The position numbers and the translations under genes were made by a program. From NCBI GenBank assembly GCA_048940925.1, contig JBHLOC010000025.1, forward strand, positions 1-64,000: a stretch of DNA of 64,000 bases. Direction: 5' to 3'. The notes under the pieces were generated by a model. That model was not told the DNA's origin and did not search any database. It saw only the letters and a program-made list of their open reading frames with translations. Below, one piece after another: positions 39,935 to 50,092 of the stretch; position 1 is the stretch's first letter, and each line of letters opens with the position of its first letter. Source of the stretch: Promethearchaeota archaeon (lineage in GTDB: Archaea; Asgardarchaeota; Lokiarchaeia; Sigyniarchaeales; SOKP01).

Positions 39935-40201
39935 TTGATTAAATTTTCTAAAGAAATTTCTGATCAGCAATTTCAGATCTTTAATGGGATCTCTTCTAAA
40001 TGCGTACGATTAGAAAAAGAAAACCTTATAAAACAGGCTAAAAAAATTAACTAAGAGAAAGAAAAGTTAGAACTGGAGAAAAGAAAAACAAAATTGAAAG
40101 ACAGAAGGTTTTTGATAATTTTGGGAATTGCATTGCTTGGGATCACTGGTGTTGGCACCACTATCGTCATGAGTATCCACCATTGTAGTAGATATGGATG
40201 A
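39935..40201 (+). pseudogene. Interrupted coiled-coil plus C-terminal TM protein
   Basis: ...LEKENLIKQAKKIN*(TAA 40052)EKEKLELEKRKTKLKDRRFLIILGIALLGITGVGTTIVM... Confidence 0.45.
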
Positions 40202-40268
40202 ACAAGCAATAGTAACCACAAGAGAATAAAAATATTTATAAAATGGATTACAAAGGAGATAGAATTAC

Positions 40269-40337
40269 ATGGATTTTTCACACAAATTAGTGGTAGTAAG
40301 TGAATGGGAAAAAAACAGATATATAACTCATTTGTAA
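40269..40337 (+). other. 22-codon ORF / diverged duplicate of the glnA (38143) 3' end
   Basis: MDFSHKLVVVSEWEKNRYITHL*; 40290-40337 matches 39448-39495 at 41/48 nt; AGGAG at 40254-40258. Confidence 0.75.
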
Positions 40338-40461
40338 TCCTTTTTCTTGACTTTTTTTATATAGCTTTTAAGATTAATTTAAAGTCTTTATACAACTTAT
40401 TTTTATATATATAAAATTTATACAAAAAACAAGATAATAATATATTTTGAGTGTTTAAAAA

Positions 40462-42111
40462 ATGCGAAATTCAAAATTAAAGGTTTTAATTGCTCAAATT
40501 AATCCTATTGTAGGAGATATTAACCATAACGCAAAAAAAATAATTGATATTATAAGAGACAATCAGGATTGTGATATTATAGTTTTTCCTGAAATGGCAC
40601 TTGTTGGCTATCCAATTATGGATCATATTTATGATCCAGTGATCAAAAATAGAAATCTTGATGCTATTAGAAAAATCAAGCAAACCAAAACGCAGGCAAC
40701 AATAATTTTAGGAACTTTTACAGAACCAGAAAATTTAAAGGGAAAAATCCAGCGGTTTTATAATTCTGCTGTTATAATCGAAAATAATGAAATAAAAGCT
40801 TACGTCAATAAACGCTTATTACCAAATTATGATATATTTGATGAGAGAAGATATTTTTCATTTGATGATAAATACGAACCTTTGGAACTCAAGGGATATA
40901 AAGTAGGAATATTAATATGTGAAGATATATGGGATGAGCATTATGATATAAAAGTAGCAAGGAATTTAGTTTCTAATGGTGCTGAAATTTTAATCGTTAT
41001 AAATGCTTCTCCGTATCACATAAATAAGTTTAGGTTAAGAAGTGATTTAGTTAAGGAGAAATCTAACAGTCTTTCAGTCCCTGTCATATATGTAAATATG
41101 GTGGGTGGTCTTGATGAAATAGTATATGATGGTCAAAGTTTTATAACAAATAAGTTTGGTCAGATAATTTTTAAAGCAAAAGCATTTGAAGAAGATATCT
41201 GCTCATTTGAAGTCCCTATGAAAGATAATGAGCTAATTAAAGAAAAAGATTATACAATTGAATGGAGAGATGAAGCGATAAATGCTCTAACATTAAATTT
41301 ATATGATTATTATTATAAAAGTGGAATTTTTGATGGTGTCGTTTTAGGGCTAAGTGGAGGGATTGATTCAGCTTTTACTGCTTATATTTGTGATAAAGCT
41401 CTTGGTTCAGATAAAGTAACAGCTATTATGATGCCCACAAAATTTACTTCAAAAGAAAGTATTAATCTTGCCCGCAACTTATGTGAGAATTTAAACCTTA
41501 AGTATATAATCCATCCTATTGATGAATTATTTGATGTTTATGAGACTAATTTAGAAAAAAATCTAGGAAATTTACCTTTTGATATAGCAGATGAGAATCT
41601 ACAAGCAAGAATTAGAGCAAATGTTTTGATGTATTATTCAAATAAATTCAATTGGTTATTAGTTTCCACTGGTAATAAATCCGAGATTGGAGTAGGTTAT
41701 TGTACTTTATATGGTGATACATGCGGAGGGAAAAATGTTCCTGGAGATCTTTTAAAAGTTCAAATATATGAAATCTGTAATTGGATTAATAAAGAGAAAG
41801 AAATAATTCCTAAAGGGATTATTGAAAGACCTCCAACTGCAGAATTACGAGAAAATCAAAAAGATAGTGATTCATTACCTACTTATGAAATCCTTGATGT
41901 AATATTAGAGGAAATAATTGAGAATGGAATTGGTTCTGAATTTACAAATTTGAAAAGTAAGGGTTATGATATTAATATAATCAATAAGGTAAGAAACCTT
42001 TATTTAAATTCAGAATATAAACGCAGACAATTAGTTCAAACAATTAAAGTGAGTGAAAGTGCTTTTGGAATCGGGAGGAGATATCCTGTATTAAAAAAAA
42101 TAAAATTCTAA
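40462..42111 (+). CDS. nadE: Glutamine-dependent NAD+ synthetase
   Basis: Nitrilase domain (FPE, K.LLPNY, ICED) plus LSGGIDS, ENLQARIR, TGNKSE, PTAEL. Confidence 0.95.
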   Translation: MRNSKLKVLIAQINPIVGDINHNAKKIIDIIRDNQDCDIIVFPEMALVGYPIMDHIYDPVIKNRNLDAIRKIKQTKTQATIILGTFTEPENLKGKIQRFYNSAVIIENNEIKAYVNKRLLPNYDIFDERRYFSFDDKYEPLELKGYKVGILICEDIWDEHYDIKVARNLVSNGAEILIVINASPYHINKFRLRSDLVKEKSNSLSVPVIYVNMVGGLDEIVYDGQSFITNKFGQIIFKAKAFEEDICSFEVPMKDNELIKEKDYTIEWRDEAINALTLNLYDYYYKSGIFDGVVLGLSGGIDSAFTAYICDKALGSDKVTAIMMPTKFTSKESINLARNLCENLNLKYIIHPIDELFDVYETNLEKNLGNLPFDIADENLQARIRANVLMYYSNKFNWLLVSTGNKSEIGVGYCTLYGDTCGGKNVPGDLLKVQIYEICNWINKEKEIIPKGIIERPPTAELRENQKDSDSLPTYEILDVILEEIIENGIGSEFTNLKSKGYDINIINKVRNLYLNSEYKRRQLVQTIKVSESAFGIGRRYPVLKKIKF

Positions 42112-42287
42112 CGAATAAGTAAATAATCATCATAATTACTTTGAAGAAAATGATGTTTTACTTGGTTATATGAGGAAATGGAAGAGAATTGAAGATAATA
42201 TTCATTTTCACAATATTTATATAATATTTTTACACTAGTATATTGAATATTTTTATTAGTTTGATATGATAATCTTAAGGGTGATTT

Positions 42288-44093
42288 TTGATTTCAAGTG
42301 TAAAAGAAAGTTATAGAAACATAAAGGAAAAGTATATGAGTATAAATGAATTTCACAGGAATATAATTTTAACAATTTTTATTGCTATTATCTGTTTATT
42401 TGTTGGATTATATATAATTTTTGTATTTACTCGTCTGTTACCTGTAGATCCTGTGGCTTCTTATTTAGCTGCTAGGGGGATACATAATCCTGCAGAAGGA
42501 GCTTATCAACAAATGAAATGTCAGTTAGGGTTTTGTGATTCTATAACAGTACAATATTTTAAATATATTAGCGATTTTTTTACAGGTAATTGGAGGATAT
42601 CAGTTTCTTTATATTCTGGGACAAAAGTTACTGATATATTTGGAGAAACAATTCCAAAAACATTGGGATTAATTTCATTACCGTTGATAATAGGAGGAGG
42701 ATTCGGATTTTTCCTAGGAAGGATTTCATCAAGAAACAGAGGTACAGGGAAAGATAAAATTATTCAAGTATTTAGCATTTTAGGAATATCACTTCCTATA
42801 TTTTTCCTTTGCGGAATATTTCAATATGCTCTATGTTATGAGTTAAAGATATGTGAACCTACAGGAATTTCAGCGTTACCTATAGAAATCTTAACTTTCA
42901 CCCTAACAGCATTTATTACTTGGCAAGTTCGCTCCTATTTGACTAATAAATCATATGAAAAATCGCTACTTTTAAATACAATTAAAACAGGAATAAGTTT
43001 TAGTTATATCTTTATGTTTTGGTTATTAGTAGAAGTTACTTTTAACATATATGGATTTGGTACAATTTTAATATATGCAATTTCGCAGTATGATTATTTT
43101 CTTATAAGGGGAAGTTTGTTCTTAATAATTATAATGTTTGTTATAGTTACAATAAGTTCTAATTTGATCTTCAGCATCTATATGTCTCGAAGAAGTAAAT
43201 CCTTTGAATATAATACAGAACCGAAATTTGATGATACAACAGACAAAGGAGAGAATAGTATTGAAAGCAATCCTGAAGAGAATATAAAAGAGTTTTTACG
43301 ACGTAGATTGAAATCTCCTTTCTTTATCCTTGGTGCAATTTTAATAATATTTTTTATTTTTATTGCAATATTCCCTCAATTGATGACACAATATTCTTTA
43401 TCAGAGACTTTAAATCCTTCTTCTGATTTATGGAACCCTCCATCTTCAGAACACCCTTTGGGGCAAACAGTATCAGGACTAGATGTATATGCATTAATAA
43501 TTTGGGGTATACATGATTCAATAATAGTAGGTTTTTTAGCCGTTCTTATAGGTTTGATAGGGGGAAGTATATTCGGATTTATTGCTGGAAAATTTAATCG
43601 ATGGGGATATAGGATAATTATGGGGCTCATGATATTTTTCTATATTTTTCCAGGAATAGTTCTTGTTATACTGTTAATAGATTCTAGTCTACTTTTCTAT
43701 GGACCTTTCTATTGGTATGGGTCATTGTTTATTGGGATTTTATTAATTCCTAATTTCACGAGAGTAATTGCTAATGCAATTTCAGGGGAAATTAATATAC
43801 ATAAAATAAGTAAAGCTGTAATTAGTCAAATCCCGTTAAATTTCGCTATATTTATCGTAATTTATACCACAGTAGGGTTTTTAGGATTATACACATTATA
43901 TTCTGTTTTAGAGCTACAAAATCAGCCAATCCAATTAGGAAGTATTGTTAATATGGGAAGTCAAATACTTCCTGATGCGCCATGGGCTAGTTTCTGGCCA
44001 GGACTTACAATTTTTGGTATAGTTCTGAGTTTTCTTCTTTTTCATGTTGGATTACAGGATTACCAATCGAAGAATCGAATTAAAATTGAATAA
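42288..44093 (+). CDS. Fused DppB-DppC peptide ABC permease lacking EAA loops
   Basis: N half LPVDP...GNWRIS; C half PPSSEHPLGQT..GLD, APW..FWPG; no DYVRTARAKG or YVEAARAxG segment. Confidence 0.82.
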   Translation: MISSVKESYRNIKEKYMSINEFHRNIILTIFIAIICLFVGLYIIFVFTRLLPVDPVASYLAARGIHNPAEGAYQQMKCQLGFCDSITVQYFKYISDFFTGNWRISVSLYSGTKVTDIFGETIPKTLGLISLPLIIGGGFGFFLGRISSRNRGTGKDKIIQVFSILGISLPIFFLCGIFQYALCYELKICEPTGISALPIEILTFTLTAFITWQVRSYLTNKSYEKSLLLNTIKTGISFSYIFMFWLLVEVTFNIYGFGTILIYAISQYDYFLIRGSLFLIIIMFVIVTISSNLIFSIYMSRRSKSFEYNTEPKFDDTTDKGENSIESNPEENIKEFLRRRLKSPFFILGAILIIFFIFIAIFPQLMTQYSLSETLNPSSDLWNPPSSEHPLGQTVSGLDVYALIIWGIHDSIIVGFLAVLIGLIGGSIFGFIAGKFNRWGYRIIMGLMIFFYIFPGIVLVILLIDSSLLFYGPFYWYGSLFIGILLIPNFTRVIANAISGEINIHKISKAVISQIPLNFAIFIVIYTTVGFLGLYTLYSVLELQNQPIQLGSIVNMGSQILPDAPWASFWPGLTIFGIVLSFLLFHVGLQDYQSKNRIKIE

Positions 44094-44102
44094 AAAGATT
44101 GG

Positions 44103-44354
44103 CTAGAATAAGTCTGGGTGCATTTTTTCGATATTTTCCATAGCTTCAGTAAATAAAGTCTGTAATATCATATTATCATAAACATAGATATTTTCTATTA
44201 TATAATCTAAAATGTCATTAGCTATTCTCTTATCTTTGTTAGTATAGTTTTCCATTTTAGATTTAAATAAGATATTAAATTCTTCTTTCAGCCAATCTAA
44301 TTCCCCTCTTAGATCTTCTTCTAAGATTTCATAATACTTAACGCTAATTTTCAT
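44103..44354 (-). CDS. Small helical hypothetical protein
   Basis: 83 aa; SD GAGGT upstream. Confidence 0.7.
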   Translation of the reverse strand: MKISVKYYEILEEDLRGELDWLKEEFNILFKSKMENYTNKDKRIANDILDYIIENIYVYDNMILQTLFTEAMENIEKMHPDLF

Positions 44355-44630
44355 AAATATACCTCAACCTTATAATCTTTTTATAAATCTCCTTTTCTGT
44401 TATATAAAATAAATTGAAAATGCTATAAATAATTTATAGAGACCAGTTTTTATATAACAAATCCCCATATCATCTAATAAGAATTAAAATAATTAAACCC
44501 CCAAAAATATCAATTTTGATAAGGTAATTTTTACAATAGAGTTCAATTTTAATATATAAGTTTTTAAAAAATGACGTTTAATTTGTGTTATCTTAAAGAA
44601 TTTATAAAAATAGAAGAGAGTTGAAAATAA

Positions 44631-45158
44631 ATGGGAGGTAAATGGATAGGTATTTTTCCTGTTATATGTGTAGTGTTATTGATTGTCTCTTTGTTTTTAC
44701 CAATAATGGGTTTAAGTATTTTTAGTTCTGGAGTCATAGATCCCGCTATAACTGGAAATATTATGCCTTTTGGAGGAGGATTATTGAATGAGCTTGACCC
44801 TTATGTTGCTACAGTTCCTGAAGCTGGTGAACTTCAAACAGCTTTTTTCTGGGTGGGAATTGTCTTTGCGGTTTTTTTTGGTCTTGATGCTTTATTCCTA
44901 TTTATTAATGGGATTAGAGTTATGACTGGAAGCAAAGAACTTAAAAAGGCAAGAAAAAGATGGTTGATGGGGGGTTTATCCAGGATTATCAGTCAAGTTA
45001 TATTAATCGCATTATTATTGTTTCTTATTCCAGATCTTATAGCTGATAATTACCCTGGAGTTGAATTGACTTTTACTATTGGGTTAGGAATGATTATGGT
45101 AATGGTTGTAGGTGGAGTTTTGATTTTCGCATGGATTCTTGCTAAAATTGCTGATTAA
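44631..45158 (+). CDS. Four-TM membrane protein, hypothetical
   Basis: Four hydrophobic helices. Confidence 0.75.
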   Translation: MGGKWIGIFPVICVVLLIVSLFLPIMGLSIFSSGVIDPAITGNIMPFGGGLLNELDPYVATVPEAGELQTAFFWVGIVFAVFFGLDALFLFINGIRVMTGSKELKKARKRWLMGGLSRIISQVILIALLLFLIPDLIADNYPGVELTFTIGLGMIMVMVVGGVLIFAWILAKIAD

Positions 45159-45233
45159 ATATATAATATTTCTCTAATTTTTTTTGGGTTTTAATTAGTA
45201 TCAGATCTCTGTTTTTCCTTATCCATTGACAAA

Positions 45234-46982
45234 TTATAAATTTTTTAAAACTCCTGACATATGCGCCCAACTGTTACCCCAATTTTCCCAACCTCGTGAA
45301 TCAGAATTCCATACATCAATTTCAAAACCGGAAAATAACCAAGCTACGGGGTAAAGTTCTTCAATAAGACGTTCTTGAATTTTATAATATAATTCTTTTC
45401 TTACCGTTTCATCAGTTTCCACCAAAGCCTTGTCAATCCATTGTTGGACAACTGTGTCATTAGTATGTTGATCATTAACAAACCCATCGCTTTTACTTGA
45501 AAATAGGGGATTTATGTTGGTACTAGGATCATTAAAATCTGGACTCCAATACCTAGACCACCACAATGCATCTGATGTGGAATTCACAATAAAATCATCT
45601 CTTGTCCTAGGAATGCGGTCTATATGTATTCCAATCTGTTTGAGATTTTCTTTGACCACCAGTGTAAGATTTGCTGTGTACCACCCAGCTCCTGGCATAC
45701 CAAAGAGATAGGAAATATTGTATGTTTCAAGTGGATTGGTACTACTTGCTATTGCTTCCCACTCATTTCCAGAAGTGATATTATCATTAGCACTGAGACC
45801 TGCCGTTCCAGGCCACTTAGCGTCTATAAGAATTTGTCTTGCTTTTGAAACGTTGTAAAAAGGTACATCAAAAGCAGTCCAGTTAGCATAAAGCAATCCT
45901 TTTGAGATTGGCGACATTAACCTTGGTACTGATATATTTTTCGGATAAGAATATTTTTCAAAAATGGAAGTATAATTTAAAGCATATGAAATTGCTTTCC
46001 TCATAGTAACATTTATTCGATTATTATCCATTCCAAGGTATTCGATAGATGTGACTTCACGTATATTGAAAATAATATTTGGATCCCTGCTATAATTTTC
46101 AAGATATAAAATCCTACCTGGAGGAGAGATCATAGCAAAATGAGTTTCTCCATATAAGATTCGTTCACTACAGTTTTCCATGGATTCAGTTGAGCTAAAG
46201 TCCGTATATAAGAATACAAATCTTTCAATTCTAGGCTCAGGTATGCCCCAATATTTATGATTAGCAATTATCGTAGTATTTTTATATCGTATATTGGATT
46301 CAAATTTATAAGGTCCTGTTCCAATTAATTTTTCATTATCATTAAGGAATCTATTAGCAGGAGTTGATGCGGGTGATAAAATATGGGCTGATAAATGGGT
46401 TAATAGTGCCCTAAATGGAACGTAGGGCCTATTCAACACAAATCTTACAGTGTAATCGTCCAAAACTAGAGTTTTATTAAGAATAGGTATACCATCTGCA
46501 TGATACCATATATAAGAATACCCATGAGGAAAAGTCATATTAGGCAATAATCGAAGTAGTCTATCAAAATTCCACTTGACTGCTGTGGCGTTAAATGGTG
46601 TACCATCATGAAATTTAATCCCCTTTCTAAGAGGACAGGTAAAATTTAGACTATCCTTGCTCCATTCCCCTTTTAATGCCAAGTATGGAACATTATCATA
46701 ATAGTTACCGGTCCATTTTTCGTTAAATAATGGCTCAACAATTTGACTTGGCACGAGATCTTGATCAATGTAATATGGATTGAGAGAGTCAATACTTTCC
46801 AAACCTCCAAAACACCCAAAAATGAAAGTTTTCTCCTCGCTTTGACCCAATAAAAACACAACACCACCAACTATTCCTGCGATTGCTACAGCTCCAATTA
46901 ATCCTCCGACCACGATAATTTTATGTTCAGCAAAAATCTTCTTCAATTTAGGAAATTTCTTCTTATCTTTAGGTTTTCCTAT
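45234..46982 (-). CDS. dppA: Peptide ABC transporter substrate-binding protein (family 5, DppA), N-terminal TM anchor
   Basis: LRKGIKFHDGTPFNATAVKWNF, GTGPYKF, MRKAISYA, WSPDFNDP. Start is TTG 46946 or ATA 46982 behind SD GAGGGTGA. Confidence 0.9.
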   Translation of the reverse strand: MGKPKDKKKFPKLKKIFAEHKIIVVGGLIGAVAIAGIVGGVVFLLGQSEEKTFIFGCFGGLESIDSLNPYYIDQDLVPSQIVEPLFNEKWTGNYYDNVPYLALKGEWSKDSLNFTCPLRKGIKFHDGTPFNATAVKWNFDRLLRLLPNMTFPHGYSYIWYHADGIPILNKTLVLDDYTVRFVLNRPYVPFRALLTHLSAHILSPASTPANRFLNDNEKLIGTGPYKFESNIRYKNTTIIANHKYWGIPEPRIERFVFLYTDFSSTESMENCSERILYGETHFAMISPPGRILYLENYSRDPNIIFNIREVTSIEYLGMDNNRINVTMRKAISYALNYTSIFEKYSYPKNISVPRLMSPISKGLLYANWTAFDVPFYNVSKARQILIDAKWPGTAGLSANDNITSGNEWEAIASSTNPLETYNISYLFGMPGAGWYTANLTLVVKENLKQIGIHIDRIPRTRDDFIVNSTSDALWWSRYWSPDFNDPSTNINPLFSSKSDGFVNDQHTNDTVVQQWIDKALVETDETVRKELYYKIQERLIEELYPVAWLFSGFEIDVWNSDSRGWENWGNSWAHMSGVLKNL

Positions 46983-47178
46983 TTCATTTTCACCCTCAAA
47001 ATTAATTTAAAAAATATATGGTATCTATATTGAATTTTAATATAAGTAATAATTCATTAATTGAATTATCGAGTTATTAAATCTTACGATCATATAAAAA
47101 ATAACGTAAGGTTGAGATATTACTTCAATTAAAAGTATCTCTTATCTAAATAAGTGAAATATTACAAAATTTAGGGAT

Positions 47179-48186
47179 GTGATTTGTACCATGGTGAACA
47201 AAAGAATAGTAGCAATTATTCTTGTACTTATTTTTGGTTTTAGTATGACTATCTCTATTCCTATTATTATTCTTTCAGCTGGTTTCTCACCTTTAGTTAC
47301 AATTGTGGAAACAATTAGATTTGAAGATACAAAATATAACTCTTCTGCTGTTGAAGAATTAAATCTTATTGCAGACGTAGGGAATATTAAAATCCAATAT
47401 ATTACTTTGCCAGTTGAATATTGCGCAATGATAGAAGTTAATTTTGACATGGTTGGGTATAACCTCTTTGGTAGAACTTCTTCTTATTATTTCAATTTTC
47501 CTGAAAATAAGAGCTTTAATAATTTATTCAATTTAGAACTACAATCAGACACAGATTGGTTTGATACTTCAAAATGGATTAAGCAAAATGTAAGTATTGT
47601 TGTGTCTATTAATTCAAACATCCTATTTAATATTAATACGACTATAAGGGAAGAGGGGGATGTTAATATCTATGTCTCAGGCGGAACTATTATCAATAAT
47701 ATTGATGTAAACATTAAAACAGGTGACATTGTATATGATTTAATTTTTTGTTCAATGAGAGGAAATATTATTGGAAATGTTGATTCAGGGGATATTACTT
47801 TAAAGGCTAATAATGTTAAATACACTCAAAATAATATATGGAATTTAACTAATAATAAAGGTAAAATTGCTCTTGATATAATTCAAACTAGGCTTATGGG
47901 TGCTAATTTGACGGGTACAGGAGAATCAAATTCAGGAAAAATAATCTTAAAATATCGGGATTATTCATCTGATATTGGAGCAATATTCAAATTTTACAAT
48001 TCTTCGGAGGTTGATTGGCATACTTTAGATAATGTTTGGAGAGATTTTAACGGACCAATTCCTCTTGGGCATAACGGGGCGATATTTAAATCCTATGATT
48101 TTCCAAACAATTTTAACTATGATTTTTCCTTTTTTATAGCATATTCAAATCCCAAAAAATATAAGATAAACCTTACCAGTGTTTAA
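47179..48186 (+). CDS. Membrane-anchored beta-strand-repeat protein (DUF4097/adhesin-like)
   Basis: N-terminal TM; repeated T/S-G-D-I turns (EGDVNI, TGDIVY, SGDITL, SGKIIL). Confidence 0.6.
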   Translation: MICTMVNKRIVAIILVLIFGFSMTISIPIIILSAGFSPLVTIVETIRFEDTKYNSSAVEELNLIADVGNIKIQYITLPVEYCAMIEVNFDMVGYNLFGRTSSYYFNFPENKSFNNLFNLELQSDTDWFDTSKWIKQNVSIVVSINSNILFNINTTIREEGDVNIYVSGGTIINNIDVNIKTGDIVYDLIFCSMRGNIIGNVDSGDITLKANNVKYTQNNIWNLTNNKGKIALDIIQTRLMGANLTGTGESNSGKIILKYRDYSSDIGAIFKFYNSSEVDWHTLDNVWRDFNGPIPLGHNGAIFKSYDFPNNFNYDFSFFIAYSNPKKYKINLTSV

Positions 48187-48279
48187 AAAAAATATAATCT
48201 TATTTTATTATATTATTTACTTGTCATAAGAATATTTAATAAGTCTATTTAGGTTCTAAAAAGCTAATTTATTATTATA

Positions 48280-50088
48280 TTAAACAATCTCTTTCATTTT
48301 TTCAATATATTCTAAAGATTGATGACGAAAATAAATATTATAGAGGTCAGCATACGTCCCTTCCTTAGCCATTAATTCATCATGATTGCCTTCTTCTGCA
48401 ATGTGCCCATGATCCAACACAATTATTCTATCTACATGACGCACAGTCCAGAGCCTATGAGCTATTATAATTGATGTGCGTCCTTCAATCGTTTTTTGTA
48501 ACGCATCTTGGATGCGAGTTTCTGTGAAAGGATCAACTGAAGCAGTAGCTTCATCTAAGATAAGAATAGCAGGATCTTCTAATAGAACTCGAGCAAAAAC
48601 TACTAATTGTCGTTGACCCATTGAAAGGTGACTACCTCTTTCACCAACGTCTGTTTCTAATCCCTTTGGTAGATCTTCAATCCAATCAGAACCACTAGTT
48701 ACATTTAATGAATTATAAACATCTTCTTTTTGTGCATCTCTACAACAATATTTTATATTATTGTCGATTGAATCTGCAAAAAGGAATGGTGTTTGAGGTA
48801 TAATACCAATTTGTTTACGGTATTCTTTAAGATCATAGTTTCTGATGCTTATACCATCTATTAAAATATCGCCTCCTTGAAATTCATAAAATCTTGCTAA
48901 AAGTTTTGCTAAACTAGACTTTCCAGCACCAGTATGCCCAACGATTGCTATTGATTCTCCTGATTTAATTGATAGATTAAAGTTATTAAAAACATTTTTA
49001 TTTTTTTCATAGTGGAATGTTAAGTTTCTAATTTCTATATTTCCTTTTAATCTAGTAGGCTTAATATTATCATGTTGAATTACTAATGGTTGGGCATCTA
49101 CTAAAGCAAAAATACGCTCAGATGCCGCCATTCCAGCTTGAAATGTAGGCCAAAATGCAGCAATCGATAATAAAGGAAAAAATAAATAATTTAAGCCTTG
49201 GAGAAATAAATTTAGGTCTCCAGCACTTATCGTTCCTCCTAAAACACCACTACCTCCAAAAAATACTAATAAAGTTATAACAATTCCTTGTATGATTCCT
49301 AAGGCTGGGAAGATGGCATTTAATATAAACGCTCTTCTTAAATTGACCTTATAAGAAGTGTCATTTACATTATTGAACTTTTCATATAATTTTTCTTCCT
49401 GACGAAAGGTTTTTGCTATTTGAATACCAGAGAAGCTTTCTTTAACAAAATCATTAACAGAAGCAAGAGCTCTTTGACCCAATAAAGTCTTATTTCTAGC
49501 TATTTTTCGAAATGATAATGCTAGTAAAACAAATATTGGAATTGCAATGATTATTGCTGATGTTAATATAATATTTATAAAGAACATAAAAATAAGTAAA
49601 AAGAAGAGAATCAAGATTGAAGATATTAATTGAATAGACAAATCGACAGTTGTTCCGAAAGTTTCACTATCTGAATTTACTCGACTAACTATTTTACCTG
49701 TTGGATTTCTGTCAAAAAAAGTAAGGTCATGATTTAAAACTGCATCTGCTGCATCTTTTCTCAGATCTAAAACAACACCGCCTATAACTCGAAAAGCATA
49801 TCGTTGTTGAAAATAATTAAAAACCCAACTTAATAAATTAAAAATAAGAATAAGAATAATGATTAAGAATATATAGAAAATATTCCTGTTCGCCTCTAAA
49901 TTATTAATAATTATACTAGTTAGAACTGGGACAACGGCAGAAGTAATAGATGCGATGGTTATAAAAAAAATAACTATCGTCATTGATCGCTTAAATGGAC
50001 GGAAATAAGATAAAATACGCTTTAATAAAACCCTATCAGAAATTTCACGATCATATTCTTCAGCTTCTAAATCCCACCCATATGCCAA
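48280..50088 (-). CDS. ABC exporter, TMD+NBD (consensus-Walker-B subunit of a heterodimer)
   Basis: GHTGAGKS, LSMGQRQ, ILDEATAS, IAHRL. Confidence 0.93.
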   Translation of the reverse strand: MAYGWDLEAEEYDREISDRVLLKRILSYFRPFKRSMTIVIFFITIASITSAVVPVLTSIIINNLEANRNIFYIFLIIILILIFNLLSWVFNYFQQRYAFRVIGGVVLDLRKDAADAVLNHDLTFFDRNPTGKIVSRVNSDSETFGTTVDLSIQLISSILILFFLLIFMFFINIILTSAIIIAIPIFVLLALSFRKIARNKTLLGQRALASVNDFVKESFSGIQIAKTFRQEEKLYEKFNNVNDTSYKVNLRRAFILNAIFPALGIIQGIVITLLVFFGGSGVLGGTISAGDLNLFLQGLNYLFFPLLSIAAFWPTFQAGMAASERIFALVDAQPLVIQHDNIKPTRLKGNIEIRNLTFHYEKNKNVFNNFNLSIKSGESIAIVGHTGAGKSSLAKLLARFYEFQGGDILIDGISIRNYDLKEYRKQIGIIPQTPFLFADSIDNNIKYCCRDAQKEDVYNSLNVTSGSDWIEDLPKGLETDVGERGSHLSMGQRQLVVFARVLLEDPAILILDEATASVDPFTETRIQDALQKTIEGRTSIIIAHRLWTVRHVDRIIVLDHGHIAEEGNHDELMAKEGTYADLYNIYFRHQSLEYIEKMKEIV

Positions 50089-50092
50089 TTTT

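Noticed and set aside
47087-47094. ACGATCAT upstream of dppA as part of the Lrp-like motif set
   Set aside because: The same word occurs inside a coding region (about 50047); too short to be significant alone.
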